64,000 nt of DNA from Felis catus (Eukaryota): assembly GCF_018350175.1 (NCBI RefSeq), contig NC_058368.1:66156001-66220000 (forward strand). The letters are read 5' to 3'. Position 1 is the first letter of the stretch, and every line of letters begins with the position of its first letter. The translations under genes were made by a program, and so were the position numbers. This document shows, piece after piece, positions 53,164 to 64,000 of the stretch. The notes beneath the pieces are model-generated. The model was not told the DNA's origin, did no database searches, and saw only the letters and a program-made list of their open reading frames with translations.

Positions 53164-53329
53164 ATACCAATGCCACCTCTCAGGAGTTTGTACTCAACTC
53201 AGGAAGTCACCTCTTTGTTTAAATCATCCACAAGTAAGTTATGGTTTTGCCTTTCATGAAGATTTAACCAAATTTAGCTTTTGACAAACATATTTCCTAC
53301 AGGATAGAAAGCAACTTTCACAGTCTGAC

Positions 53330-53571
53330 TTTTTTTTTTTAAGTGTCTGCTTATTTATTTTGAGAAAGAGAGACAAAGAGAATAGGGAAGGAGCAGAGAG
53401 AGAGTGAGACAGAGACACAGAGAGAGAGAGAGAAAGAGAGAGAATCCCAAGCAGGCTATGCACTGTCAGCTTGGATCTTGACAAGGGGCTTGAACTCATG
53501 AACTGTGAGATCATGACTTAAGCCGAAATCAAGAGTCAGACGCTTAACCTGCTGAGCCACCCAGTTGCCCC
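53330..53571 (-). mobile_element. Can-SINE
   Basis: TSD tcaca(g/a)tctgactttt. Confidence 0.94.
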
Positions 53572-54059
53572 TCACAATCTGACTTTTAAAAGAAAAGCAA
53601 GAGCTTACAATAAATGACTGCCTCTCTTGATACTTCTGTAGTAATCTTCCAGATCTCATTTGTCGTGCATTAAAATTGCCAAGAACGAAATACCTCAGCC
53701 CTCGAAAATGAAGGCAGGATGAGATCACAGGTCGATCTGGGCAGGAAAGAGGCAGGCAAAGAGCTGGAAATCCTTTAAATACTTTACACCTCCCAAATCT
53801 TATCATTCTGAAATGACGCCCATCGGTGGAATGGTAGGCGTGGCACTTAGAATACCTGAAAGCCTGTGCAAGAGAGGAAGAAGGACAGTCCTGAGGCTTG
53901 GAATACAGACCTGGGGAGTTTCACCTCCTGAATATCAAAAAGATAGTGATTGTGAATCTGGTGAGCAGGTACAAGAGTGAGGAAATACATGAACCTGATA
54001 AAAACAGACACAAAGAGGAGAGAGACACGACAGACTCTTCTGCAACCCATTAGAAAGGC

Positions 54060-54360
54060 AACTAGCGTGAGTTTGCACAAAAGGAAGCCAGCTCTGCCAC
54101 AGCCATGAGAAACAAGCCATTGGCCATTGGCGGAGAAGGTCGGGTGGGCCGAAAGGTGTCAAGTTTGGGTCAGGTTCGGGCTCTCGGGAGAAGTTGAGAG
54201 CGCTGCAGAGGGATCACGTTGGAGGAGCCCTGTGTGCTGAGCCCACTTTGATGTTGCGCGAGTCTCCTGCCTGAGCATCGTCCTGCATTCTCGGCTCCAG
54301 AGAAAAGAATTGCACTGTTGCTTCAGAGTGAAGGAAACTGAGTGAGAAGTGAAGACTCCA
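54060..54360. promoter_or_regulatory. Candidate CpG-retaining promoter or enhancer
   Basis: 12 CpGs in 54061-54300 in apparently unique sequence; tandem ATTGG (CCAAT on minus) at 54119 and 54126; CTTTGAT; GGAAACTGA and GAAGTGAA. Confidence 0.35.
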
Positions 54361-56433
54361 AGTTGGGCAGGCAGACCCTCTGGGGATGAACTTGCAGAGA
54401 AAGAGCTTCAAGTGATTTTGTGGCACCGAGTTGATTCAAAGAGCTTTCCTTTGGCACTGCTGCTGTTGGAGGCAAGAGAAAGACATGCTAATTTCCGAAC
54501 ACCCTGGTTGCTGCCCCCAAAAGAACAGGAAATAATGGGTGCTCTGAAAGAAAACACGAGACAGACACATGGTTCCCAACCAGAAGGCGATGACACACAA
54601 ACAATGACAACAGCAGTTATTAAACCCTGGCCGCCATTTCCAATGCAGGATAGAGTCGACCGAAAGCAGCCTGTGTTCCTTGGGTGGAAGTCAAACCCTC
54701 ATCCTTGATGGGTTTCGCTGTTAATTTCATGGAAAGGGCCCCATGTTAACTTGGGCCCTCGGAATTTATCCATGCCGGTAACTCAGCCTCTGAAGGGTGC
54801 CAAAGGGACTGAGCTAGTGGGACTGAGTGATGGCTTTGTGAGGTGCCTGCTGGCTGCCCGCAGTCACAGAGCCGAGTGGCAGCCGTGCTCTGGCCATCGG
54901 GGAGAGATTCTGATTGTGACTGATGCTGAGAGAGTGATTAAATCTGTTTGGAAAGTTAGCCAGAAGACAGAGAAATTGAAAAGGGAACGTAGTTAATTCC
55001 TTTTGGGCACTGACTTTTCCCCATAAGTATTAACTCTTTGCAGTCTTCAAATTCTGACTGGGTTTTCCCGTTTTCAGCTGGATATACTGATTGGAACTTG
55101 GCAGAAAATGCCAGTTTAAGAACTACCAAACTGTTTGCGGATGTGAAAGCGTGGAAGTGAGGCCAAGAGAGTTTTCAGGACACTGAATGTTGCATGGATA
55201 CATTGTAACAAGTGTCCAATGAGGACATTGGAACCATCACATTTAATCTGCACCTAAATTCAGCAAAGATCCTGGAAGTAGAGAGGTAGACAGAGCGGGG
55301 CTTACAGACTTTCTCAGGAATTGGGTCATTTTTCTCTACCCATTCTACGGCCAGAGCTGGAAGAAATTGGTATGGCATGTTCTTAACGTTAAGAGACTCT
55401 GTTTCATAAGAAATGGACTCTGCTTATTTTGTGTATTCCCTTGTGAAAATGGGTGTGCTATTTTAATTTAGCTGAACTTTATTTTATTGTCGCTGGTCCC
55501 TTCCACCTGAGCATGCTGAATTGGGGGCAGCCAAAGTGCACACCTTGTCAGCCTCCCCGGTCCTGGAGAAAGACCATTCAACACCATCAGGACCTGCGTA
55601 CGGACTCTCCTGCTCACTGTCCGGATAAATCCACGAGGCTGATTTTCTCAGCACTAATAGCAAGTTCACTCATACGCACGAGCCCACTGGAGACAGAGCC
55701 AGGTTGACATAGATTTCAAACCTTTTCATTTTATGCTTTTCTCATTTCTTTTTTTTGTGAATATTCGTGACTGAAACATGAGGAGACTCTCTGGGAGTAA
55801 GGAAAGCTGTTAGACTTTCACTATGAGAACACCTGGGGAGAGCAAGGGTGCATGGGAGAAGCAGCTTATTAAGTGCTTCGCAAAAGTAAAAGAACGAATT
55901 TGTCACACGGCATGACATTCAAAAGAACAAATGCCTCCTAGATTAAAATGCTAAGGAAGGCAACTCAAGGGAGAATGGAAAATTCCAAAGTATATTCGTG
56001 ATAGGGGATGCCTGAGCTGAAAAAAGTGATTTTGCTAGGGGGTAAAAGCAAGAGATTTGTCTTTCTGTGCATTTTAGTTATTACCAGCCTGAGCTCCTTG
56101 AGGCCCTAGTTTATCATTTCTGATTTTCCTAACATGATTCATGGCAGGTAGCACAGAGCAGGTGTTCAGAACATATTTGTGGAGCTACAGATTAGCATGA
56201 AAATCACATCCGTGTGCTTCAGTGATCCTCTCCATGACCCTAACATGGCAGAGGTTTGGGAGGAAGGAGTCTCCTGCATGACCCCAAACAGCAAACACCA
56301 TGAAACTAAAAAGTCCTGCAGGGGAAGCTCCATAGCAGATAATGTATGCTATATGGGAGCAAAGCCTGTAAATGATTTCATTAAGTGATGAAAATGTGGA
56401 CCTGATGGGCATCCTTGTTTTGTTTTGCCTTTT

Positions 56434-56651
56434 AAAAAAATGTTTGTTTGTTTGTTTGTTTGTTTTTGAGGGGGAGGGAGCAGAGCACATGAGCAAGGGA
56501 GGACAGAGAGAGAGGAAGAGAGAGAATCCCAAGCAGGCTTCATGCTCAGCGCAGAGCCCAACTTGGGACTCCATCTCATGAACCGTGAGCTTATGACTTG
56601 AGCACAACTCAAAAGTCAGATGCTTAACCGACTAAGCCACCCACGCACCCC
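56434..56651 (-). mobile_element. Can-SINE
   Basis: TSD tgttttgttttgc(c/t)tttt; tail contains (TTTG)n. Confidence 0.93.
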
Positions 56652-57083
56652 TGTTTTGTTTTGCTTTTTAGGGGCACTGGGTCATTTGGGTGAGTGGTTT
56701 GGAAAGACAGTGAGCCATTGCTGATACGCCCTCCAGAAGTGAACACACACCGGGCTAGCAGCAGCAGCTTGCTCTACAGCACAAGGGATAATGATCATAA
56801 AGGCTTTTGTTAAATTATAGTTTATGGGATCATTATAATCAAGTCTACATGATGAAGGTAGCCACCAGAAGACAAATGAAGGAAGTGAGCTATTTCTGAA
56901 ATCTTTTTCCTAAACAAAGATGAACATCTTATAGTCCATTTGCTGAGTAGAGAGATGATTCAAAACATTGCCACAATAATACAGATTAATTCATCTCAGC
57001 AATGGCCATATTCTCTATGTTACTCAATTCCTGTGTCTATAGAAAGCATTTAATAATATACCATTGTCAAAAAAAAAAAATTA

Positions 57084-57290
57084 GGGCGCCTGGGTGGCTC
57101 AGTCGGTTAAGCATCCGACTTCGGCTCGGGTCACGGTCTCACAGTTTGTGAGTTCGAGCCCCACGTCGGGCTCTGTGCTGACAGCTTGGAGCCTGGAGTC
57201 TGCTTTGGATTCTGTGTGTGTCTCTCTCTCTGCCCCTCCCCCACTTGTGGTCTGTCTCTCTCTGTCTCTCAAAAATGAATAAACATAAAA
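57084..57290 (+). mobile_element. Can-SINE
   Basis: Head, body and tail. Confidence 0.95.
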
Positions 57291-57382
57291 TATATATATA
57301 TACATATATACTGTTTTCATACAATGTGTGAGGATAATGAGAAAATAATCATTGTACAATACTTCAGACGTTCAAAGGCACG

Positions 57383-57578
57383 GAGCAGCAAATTGTGACA
57401 CACGCTGCTTGTTTTGGTAAATAAAGTTTTATTGAGACATAGCCATGCTTATTTACATATTGTCTCTGGCTGCTTCTGTGCTTCAACAGTAGAGCTAAGT
57501 AGTTGAAACAGAGATCATGTGGCCCACAAAACTGAAAATATTACTATCTGGCTCTTTACAATAAGTTTGACAACGCTG
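57383..57578. mobile_element. MER58A (hAT-Charlie) MITE
   Basis: gtaaataaagttttattgagacatagccatgc...gtggcccacaaaactgaaaatattactatctgg. Confidence 0.88.
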
Positions 57579-57880
57579 CTCTAAGAAAAAACAATCTTAG
57601 TTTTAGGGGCTGAGTAAATGTGTAGATATATACTCTTATGTAAATAACCAAATTATATGCATTTCCAAACCTTTTCACGTTGAGTGTGTATGTGTGTGTG
57701 TGTCTTACTGAAGCCACAAGAGAGGACATATCCAGTCAAAAAAGATTGAGTTAAGTCAAGTTCAAATGGCCACCACCAGTGACTTTTCCTGGGCAGTGAT
57801 CTAATAGGGATTGTCAACCTGCTTGTCTTTATACGGAGCACCCCTGAGCCCTGAGCATTGGTTAAGAATGGCTTGGCCTT

Positions 57881-58102
57881 GGGGCGCCTGGGTGGCGCAG
57901 TCGGTTAAGCGTCCGACTTCAGCCAGGTCACGATCTCGCAGTCCAGGGGTTCGAGCCCCGCGTCAGGCTCTGGGCTGATGGCTCAGAGCCTGGAGCCTGT
58001 TTCCGGTTCTGTGTCTCCCTCTCTCTCTGCCCCTCCCCCGTTCATGCTCTGTCTCTCTCTGTCCCAAAAATAAATAAACGTTGGAAAAAAAAAATTTAAA
58101 AA
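57881..58102 (+). mobile_element. Young Can-SINE (SINEC_Fc-like)
   Basis: Perfect 17-bp TSD aagaatggcttggcctt (57864-57880, 58103-58119). Confidence 0.97.
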
Positions 58103-59786
58103 AAGAATGGCTTGGCCTTAATCAGAGAATAAGCCATTATTGGCCAACAATGAGACATGTTGACCAGAAAAACAAATTCTGAAACTGCATCAATTATTTC
58201 AAATGAGAGAAGGGACATCAGTCTCCATTTTGTTCTGGTCAATCCACAGTTGGAAGACCGTTCAGTTTTGTGCTCCCACATTTTTAGGGCTGAAAGACAA
58301 GTGAAGCTCATGGAGAAGAGAATGACCAAGTTTGGGTGGGGACTTGAAGCCATGCTATATAGAGAATGACATAGGAAATTGCAATCATTGACCCAGAAAG
58401 AGAAGACTCAAAGATATGCACAAACTGCATTCAAATGCATTTAAAGAGTTCAATGTTCAGTGTAGCCCTTTGGTACAATTGGGACCAAGGAGAGAAACTT
58501 TGTGTGGCTGGCTAGAGTGTGTCAATATAGAGTTCGTAGTCTCAGGAGTAAGTGGGAATGTTGTGGAGATGATTCAGGTATCCGTGGGGTGGTTAGACTA
58601 ATGGCTTCAAAGAGTCCTTCAAACTGTAAAACACTTGATTCTGTGAAAAATCTCAATGAGTCTGTGTTCTGAGCTACTTCATCTCATGGCATGGTGGTAT
58701 AAAGAAGAAATAGTGATTCTCCAGTCTAGGAATATAAATATTGAGGTGTTGTCAGTGAGTGCCTGAACTAGCACACCTCAAGACAGAGTCCCATCTCAAG
58801 CTTTGAGAACATTGGCAGCTTTCATCACTCCTTTGCTATCTGAACTAAGGTAACATAATATAAACTTGGTCCTGCTTATCAAATGCCCTGCTTCTTATAT
58901 GCACTTCCCTGTTTCTTACCTGCAAAGTCGATGGCAAGCTGAGGGAACCACGGAATACTCATGTACTTTCTGTTGTCCCCTTCTTCTGTCTGTAACAGAC
59001 GTTTAGTAATTTTCCAATTACTGCAGCAATGTTATGGGGATCAATGGGAATATCATTGCAAAGTGCTCGGGAATACTTTAAAGGAAGAAGCCCTAATCTT
59101 TCATTATCATGTTGATTACCAACTAGGACAATACCTACTCCTCGATATCATCTTCTTGTTTTTCACTTATGCCAAGAGAAAAGCTACTAGTTACACATGA
59201 TTTTAGTCCTCTGGAAATAAATGACATGAAATGAATAAATCATGTACTACTGTAGGTTTTCAGGCAGGGCACAAGATTACTAAATTATGCACTATGTAAA
59301 AGAGGGAGCTAGAAAGAAATCAATCTTTGACTAAGCTTGAGTGATCCATACACAGTGATTCTAATGTACGGGTTAGGGACGCTCTGTGCAGAAGTTCTCA
59401 TAACCTAGTTAGGTTGGTAATTAGGACACAGGGACGACCAAAAGGGGAAAAAATAAGAGTGTTGAACAGCAGCCAAGCAAATTTTAGAATAATGAAGAAA
59501 TATCAAATAGGGTAAATCAATGGAGGTAAAGGACACAAAGGGGAAATGAAAAACATTCAAAGATAAATTAATGTAGGCCCCAGGGTTATGCAAGCAATTT
59601 ACTATAAATATATTAGAAAAAAAGAGACAGATGTAGGTGAATAAGGAAGTAGAAAATTGGTAAACCGTTGTTGGAAACAAGAAATGCGTAAAACAAATAG
59701 TGTGGCAAAACAGAAGGTCAGTGAAGAAGAAAGAAAAGCATTTAAGAAAACATAAAGACATTCCTTTGTAGATGGCATACTTTTTA

Positions 59787-60004
59787 AATTTTTTTTTAAC
59801 ATTTTATTTTTATTTTTTGAGACAGAGAGAGACAGAGCATGAACAGGGGAGGGTGAGAGAGAGAGGGAGACACAGAATCTGAAACAGGCTCCAGGCTCTG
59901 AGCTGTCAGCACAGAGCCCTATGTGGGGCTCAAACTCACGGACCGCGAGATCATGACCTGAGCCGAAGTCAGACGCTTAACTGACTGAGCCACCCAGGCG
60001 CCCC
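59787..60004 (-). mobile_element. Can-SINE
   Basis: Perfect 18-bp TSD tagatggcatacttttta (59769-59786, 60005-60022). Confidence 0.96.
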
Positions 60005-60117
60005 TAGATGGCATACTTTTTAGCAAAAGTTCTTGCCATCTCATCATGTATTATATCCTTATGAATTTAATGTGAAATAAATTTGTCTAGCCTTTCAGTT
60101 ATGAAACTGGGCTTTCA

Positions 60118-60380
60118 TGTACAGCACGGTGACTATAATTAACAATACTGTATCGTATATTTGAACGTTGCTAAAAGAGTAAATCTTGAAAATTCACATC
60201 TCAAGGGGAAAAATTGTAACTGTGTAACTAACTATGTGACGAATGTGAGCAAGAGTTACTAGGATCATTTTGCCAATATACACAAATATCGAATCATTAT
60301 GTTGTATACCTGGAGCAGATAATTTTATATGTCAGCTACTCAATAACAACAAAACAAAACCAACAAGCAACAACAAAAAA
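60118..60380 (+). mobile_element. 5'-truncated L1 3' end (L1MA-type) with A-rich tail
   Basis: gtacagcacggtgactataattaacaatactgtatcgtatatttgaacgttgctaaaagagta...gaatcattatgttgtatacctg. Confidence 0.88.
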
Positions 60381-60499
60381 CTCTGACGTTTCAACGTCTC
60401 CCACAGTCACAGAAAAGAACAGGTTTTTATCTCTTAAACACATACGGAGAGTTTTAGCCAATCTGCCCATTTAAAAGGCAGCAAATTCATGATTCCATT

Positions 60500-61600
60500 C
60501 TTTTTTTCTTAATTGACCTATAAAAAGGTAAAGTGCACTAATCTGGTGTGTATAGCTCAATTAACTTTTATGTAGGAACATATTCCTATAGCTACCACTA
60601 AAATCAAGATACAGAACATTTCCAGGACCCCTCAAGTTTCCCTTGTATCTTCTCGGTGTGTATCCCCTCTGATGTCAGTATTACTCAGATTTCAAACACC
60701 ATCAGTTAGCTTTGCCTGTTTGGAACTTTATATAAATGGAATTCTATACTATGTACGCTTTTGCATCTGGCTTTTTTCATTCAACATAATATCTGTGAGA
60801 TTCATCTTATGTTCTTGTCTGTACTAGGAGTCTATTCTTAGTTACTGGTTCATAACAGGGGTTGGTGAACTTTTTCTATAAAGGATCAGAAAAAAAGTTT
60901 GGTGGACAATATAGGCTCTGTCTCAACCACTCACCTCTGCTTTTGTAGCACAAAGGCAGTGATAGACAATATGTGAATGAGGAGTGGGAGTGTGTTCCAA
61001 TAAAGCTTATTTACTAGGATTTGGCCGTGGGCTATATTTGCTCAATCCTACTCTGTGGTGTTCCTTTGCATAACTCCGCCACTATTTACTTATTCATTTT
61101 CTTGTTGATGAACATTTGGTTTGTTTCCAGTCTTTTGGTAAAAATATGCCCTCATTTCTCTAGGCTATATATATCAGAGTGGAATTACTGGATCGGACGC
61201 TTGATGTTATGATCGGCTTTAATAAATACTGCCACACAGTTCTCGAAAGTAGTTAGTACTGGTTTATACCCCTGCTGGCGACACATAGGATGCTGTACTT
61301 CCATTTGTTTGTCTGTTTGTTTGTTTCTATTTTTTCATTCTAATCATTGTGGTGTCTGTCTGGTAGATTCTCTTTGTGGTTTTAATTTGTATTTCTTTGG
61401 TGAGCAATGATGTTGAGCACCTCTTTTTAAATGTGTGTTGCCCATTGGGATAGTGCCTTTTGTGAAGTGCTTATTCGATTCTCCTGCCTATTTTTTTTTT
61501 AATGGGCTGTTCTTTTTCTTATTGATTTGCAGGAGTTATTTATATATTCTGACTATAAGTTCTTTGTATGTATTGTGGATTGGATGTCTTCTCCCAATCA
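60500..61600 (-). mobile_element. Old L1ME/MD fragment with nested MER58A
   Basis: aaatcaagatacagaacatttcca...ttttcattcaacataatatctgtgagattcatc...taatttgtatttct...atgatgttgagcacct. Confidence 0.8.
60856..61050. mobile_element. MER58A MITE
   Basis: caggggttggtgaactttttctataaagg...gtgttccaataaagcttattta. Confidence 0.85.
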
Positions 61601-62829
61601 AGATTGCATTCTTAAAGCAATTGTAAGCAGTTGATGTCATGACTTTTTTTTTTTTTTCAATAAGATCCTTTCACTTCATCAGTGAATCAGCCCTGAGTGG
61701 GTCACAGAATTAATCGGGATATGTGAACAGCATCTCAAGAGTCCAGGAGCGTGTAGAGAAGAAAAGTCAGTTCTACCCTGAGGATGTGGTATAGAGCCTC
61801 CTGCTCATTTCCTCTCCTAGCGGAGAGGTGGTCCTTTGTGCCTCTGAGAGTGAAGCAGGGTCCAGGCCCTGGAAGGAAAGGTAACCTTCCAGGAGGAAGA
61901 CACAGGGGAATCAGAAATGTAGCAGGGCCAATATTTGGAACTATACCCCAAAAGCAGAGCCTTTCCTAAGTTATTCACCATTCCTATCTCCCTGTGCCAA
62001 ACCTGGTGTGAAACAAATGACCTTGATATTGTAATTTATAACCTTCTCTTAAAAAGAAAGTCGGTACACCATGAACCTAGCGTTGTACTGCCTGGCCAGA
62101 TACCACACAACAAGCTAAATATATTGTCCAGAATTGTGTATTCTGTGCTACACGTTCCCTCTTTAGCTATGCATTCTCCCTCTATTAAGTTACTGCCAGG
62201 CACAGGTGATTTATTAAGATGAGAAGCAGACATTGCTAAAACAGGAAGAAAAGCAGAAAAGAAATAAATGTTTCCTCAGAAGCCACAAAGGAGAACAGAT
62301 GTCAGCAGGAGCAGATGTATGCTTCTCCGGGGTGAAAGAACGAATATTTAATGCAATCAGAATCCCAGGAACGTCAGTAACCAAGAAAGCGGAATATCGA
62401 AAACTTTGCAGAACTCCTTCATGTGATGTTATGCATCCCTAAGTGCCCCCCAAAGAAGCACAAACTACCAGTGACAAATGTTCCCAAACTATTTTTTTAA
62501 AGAGGAAAAATGAGAATGGCCCAGGTTATTTCTATATGCAAGGTTATATTTGTCCTGTTTTCAGCATCGGAAACCCATGCAGAACATTTGCCTTTAGGAA
62601 GACGTTGTAACTTCTGCATCCTATTTAGCTCAATCAGCTAAATGGCTAATGTCTACTTATGACCCTCATGTGACATCATGAATGATTAATTCCTTCCAAA
62701 GTTCAACGTGTGAGGAAACAAAGTGTAAACTGTTGAGGTAAACATCTTGAGAAAAGTGACTGAATGAAATGGCCAAATTGTTTCCCTCTAAAGTATAAAG
62801 CAGTGATGACTACAAAAAAAAAAAAAATG

Positions 62830-63250
62830 TGGAACTTCTATGTATCAACAACCCAGATAAAGGCACTGGGGAGAATATTTGCAGCAAATATGACTTTAAG
62901 AAGCATATGATACATGAGTTATATAAAGAGCTCCCATATATGGATTTTTTAAATGAACACTTTAACAGTCAATTTTTCAATGGTTTTGAACCAATAATTA
63001 ACAAGGAAAGAGCTAAAGTTAGTTAGTAAACATTAAAATAATGTTAAACCCTACTACAGCACTGTAGGAAAAAACCAAGTGATATTAATTGTTACCAATC
63101 AATTGGCAAAGTTTTTAAATGAAAAATAAACATAGTAGCTTGGTTATGATAAAATACACAAAATCATATATGTTCTTTAGGTGATACATGTATTTAAGGC
63201 TTTTGGGAAGCAAGAAGAAATATTGACAATATTTATATGTTTTAACATAG
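62830..63250 (+). mobile_element. Highly degraded L1M ORF2-end remnant
   Basis: ctggggagaatatttgcagcaaatatgac...tatataaagagctcc. Confidence 0.55.
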
Positions 63251-63257
63251 TCATTTT

Positions 63258-63480
63258 GGGGCACCTGGGCTCAGTCAGTTAAGCATCTGACTTTGGCTCA
63301 GGTCACGATCTCACAGTTCATGGGTTCAAGCCCCACACTCGGCTCTGTGCTAACAGCTCAGAGCCTAGAACCCCTTTGGATTCTGTGTCTCCATCTCTGT
63401 GCCCCTTCCCTGCTTGTGCTCTGTCTCTCTCTCTCTGTCTCTCTCTCTTTCTCTCAAAAATAAATAAACATTTAAAAAAA
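63258..63480 (+). mobile_element. Can-SINE
   Basis: Head with a small deletion; TSD atagtcatttt. Confidence 0.94.
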
Positions 63481-64000
63481 TAGTCATTTTAGCCCTTTCC
63501 ATCTACTTTCCAAAAATAATCATATAAGTTGACAGGAATTAGAAATTGGCTATAATTTCCAGTAGCAATAACAGTAATATAATAATAATAACAAAAACCA
63601 CATGATCAAGTATAAAGACATCTTCATCATCATCTTCCTCTGAATAAATATTTATTCTTAACTTTCAAAATACTTTTTTTTTCTGTCATATGTTCATGCG
63701 GCACTTGTCATATGTCATATGTTTCCAATTCCATATGTTCCTTCTTTCCAGATCTCCATCTCCTAGTATACTTAACTAGTTTGCAATTCTTTCAAAGGCA
63801 TGTATCATTCTCTTTCAGTGACCTTTAAATATTTTATCTTCTCATATCTCCCATTATCATTCAATTGTAGAGGCATGGCAATGAAAAGTATGGTAACTTC
63901 ATTCAATGAGAAGTAGTTTAACCATACAAATTGTGTGCAAACCATGAGAAGTGATTATGCGTAATGTTGAAGAGCGATTCCAGCAATATGTTTAAATGTC

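Noticed and set aside
143..63480. SINE strand bias (17 plus, 7 minus) as evidence of host-gene orientation
   Set aside because: Two-sided binomial p is about 0.06, and L1 fragments lean the other way; not informative
1..64000. ORF-track entries as protein-coding genes
   Set aside because: All are 154 aa or shorter, many use non-ATG starts, and many are translations of Can-SINEs (for example GAPGWRSRLSVRLQ, VAQSVKHPTSAQV), L1/L2 or microsatellites. None resembles a protein family I recognise

Overview
AT-rich mammalian genomic DNA from a carnivore, very probably a felid: it holds 24 Can-SINE copies, several with SINEC_Fc-type features. The window looks intergenic or deep-intronic. I can support no protein-coding gene, rRNA, true tRNA or CRISPR array. 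The supplied ORFs are short and mostly lie over SINE, LINE or microsatellite sequence. Recognisable content is repeats: Can-SINEs, 5'-truncated L1s, old L2/MIR, MaLR/ERVL solo LTRs, DNA-transposon MITEs (MER5A, MER58A, MER63, MER45A, MER44, MER96B, MER53) and microsatellites. Family names come from recalled consensus sequences and many boundaries are approximate. I see no convincing new biological system. Best leads: a minus-strand cluster of exon-like segments (8.2-11.6 kb) just downstream of a minus-oriented MLT1 LTR; a fold-back plus iterated insertion scar inside an L1 (38.63 kb); reuse of one insertion site by two SINEs with a 30-bp duplication (18.5 kb); a tail-to-tail SINE pair (44.9-45.4 kb); and a few motif-dense candidate regulatory elements.
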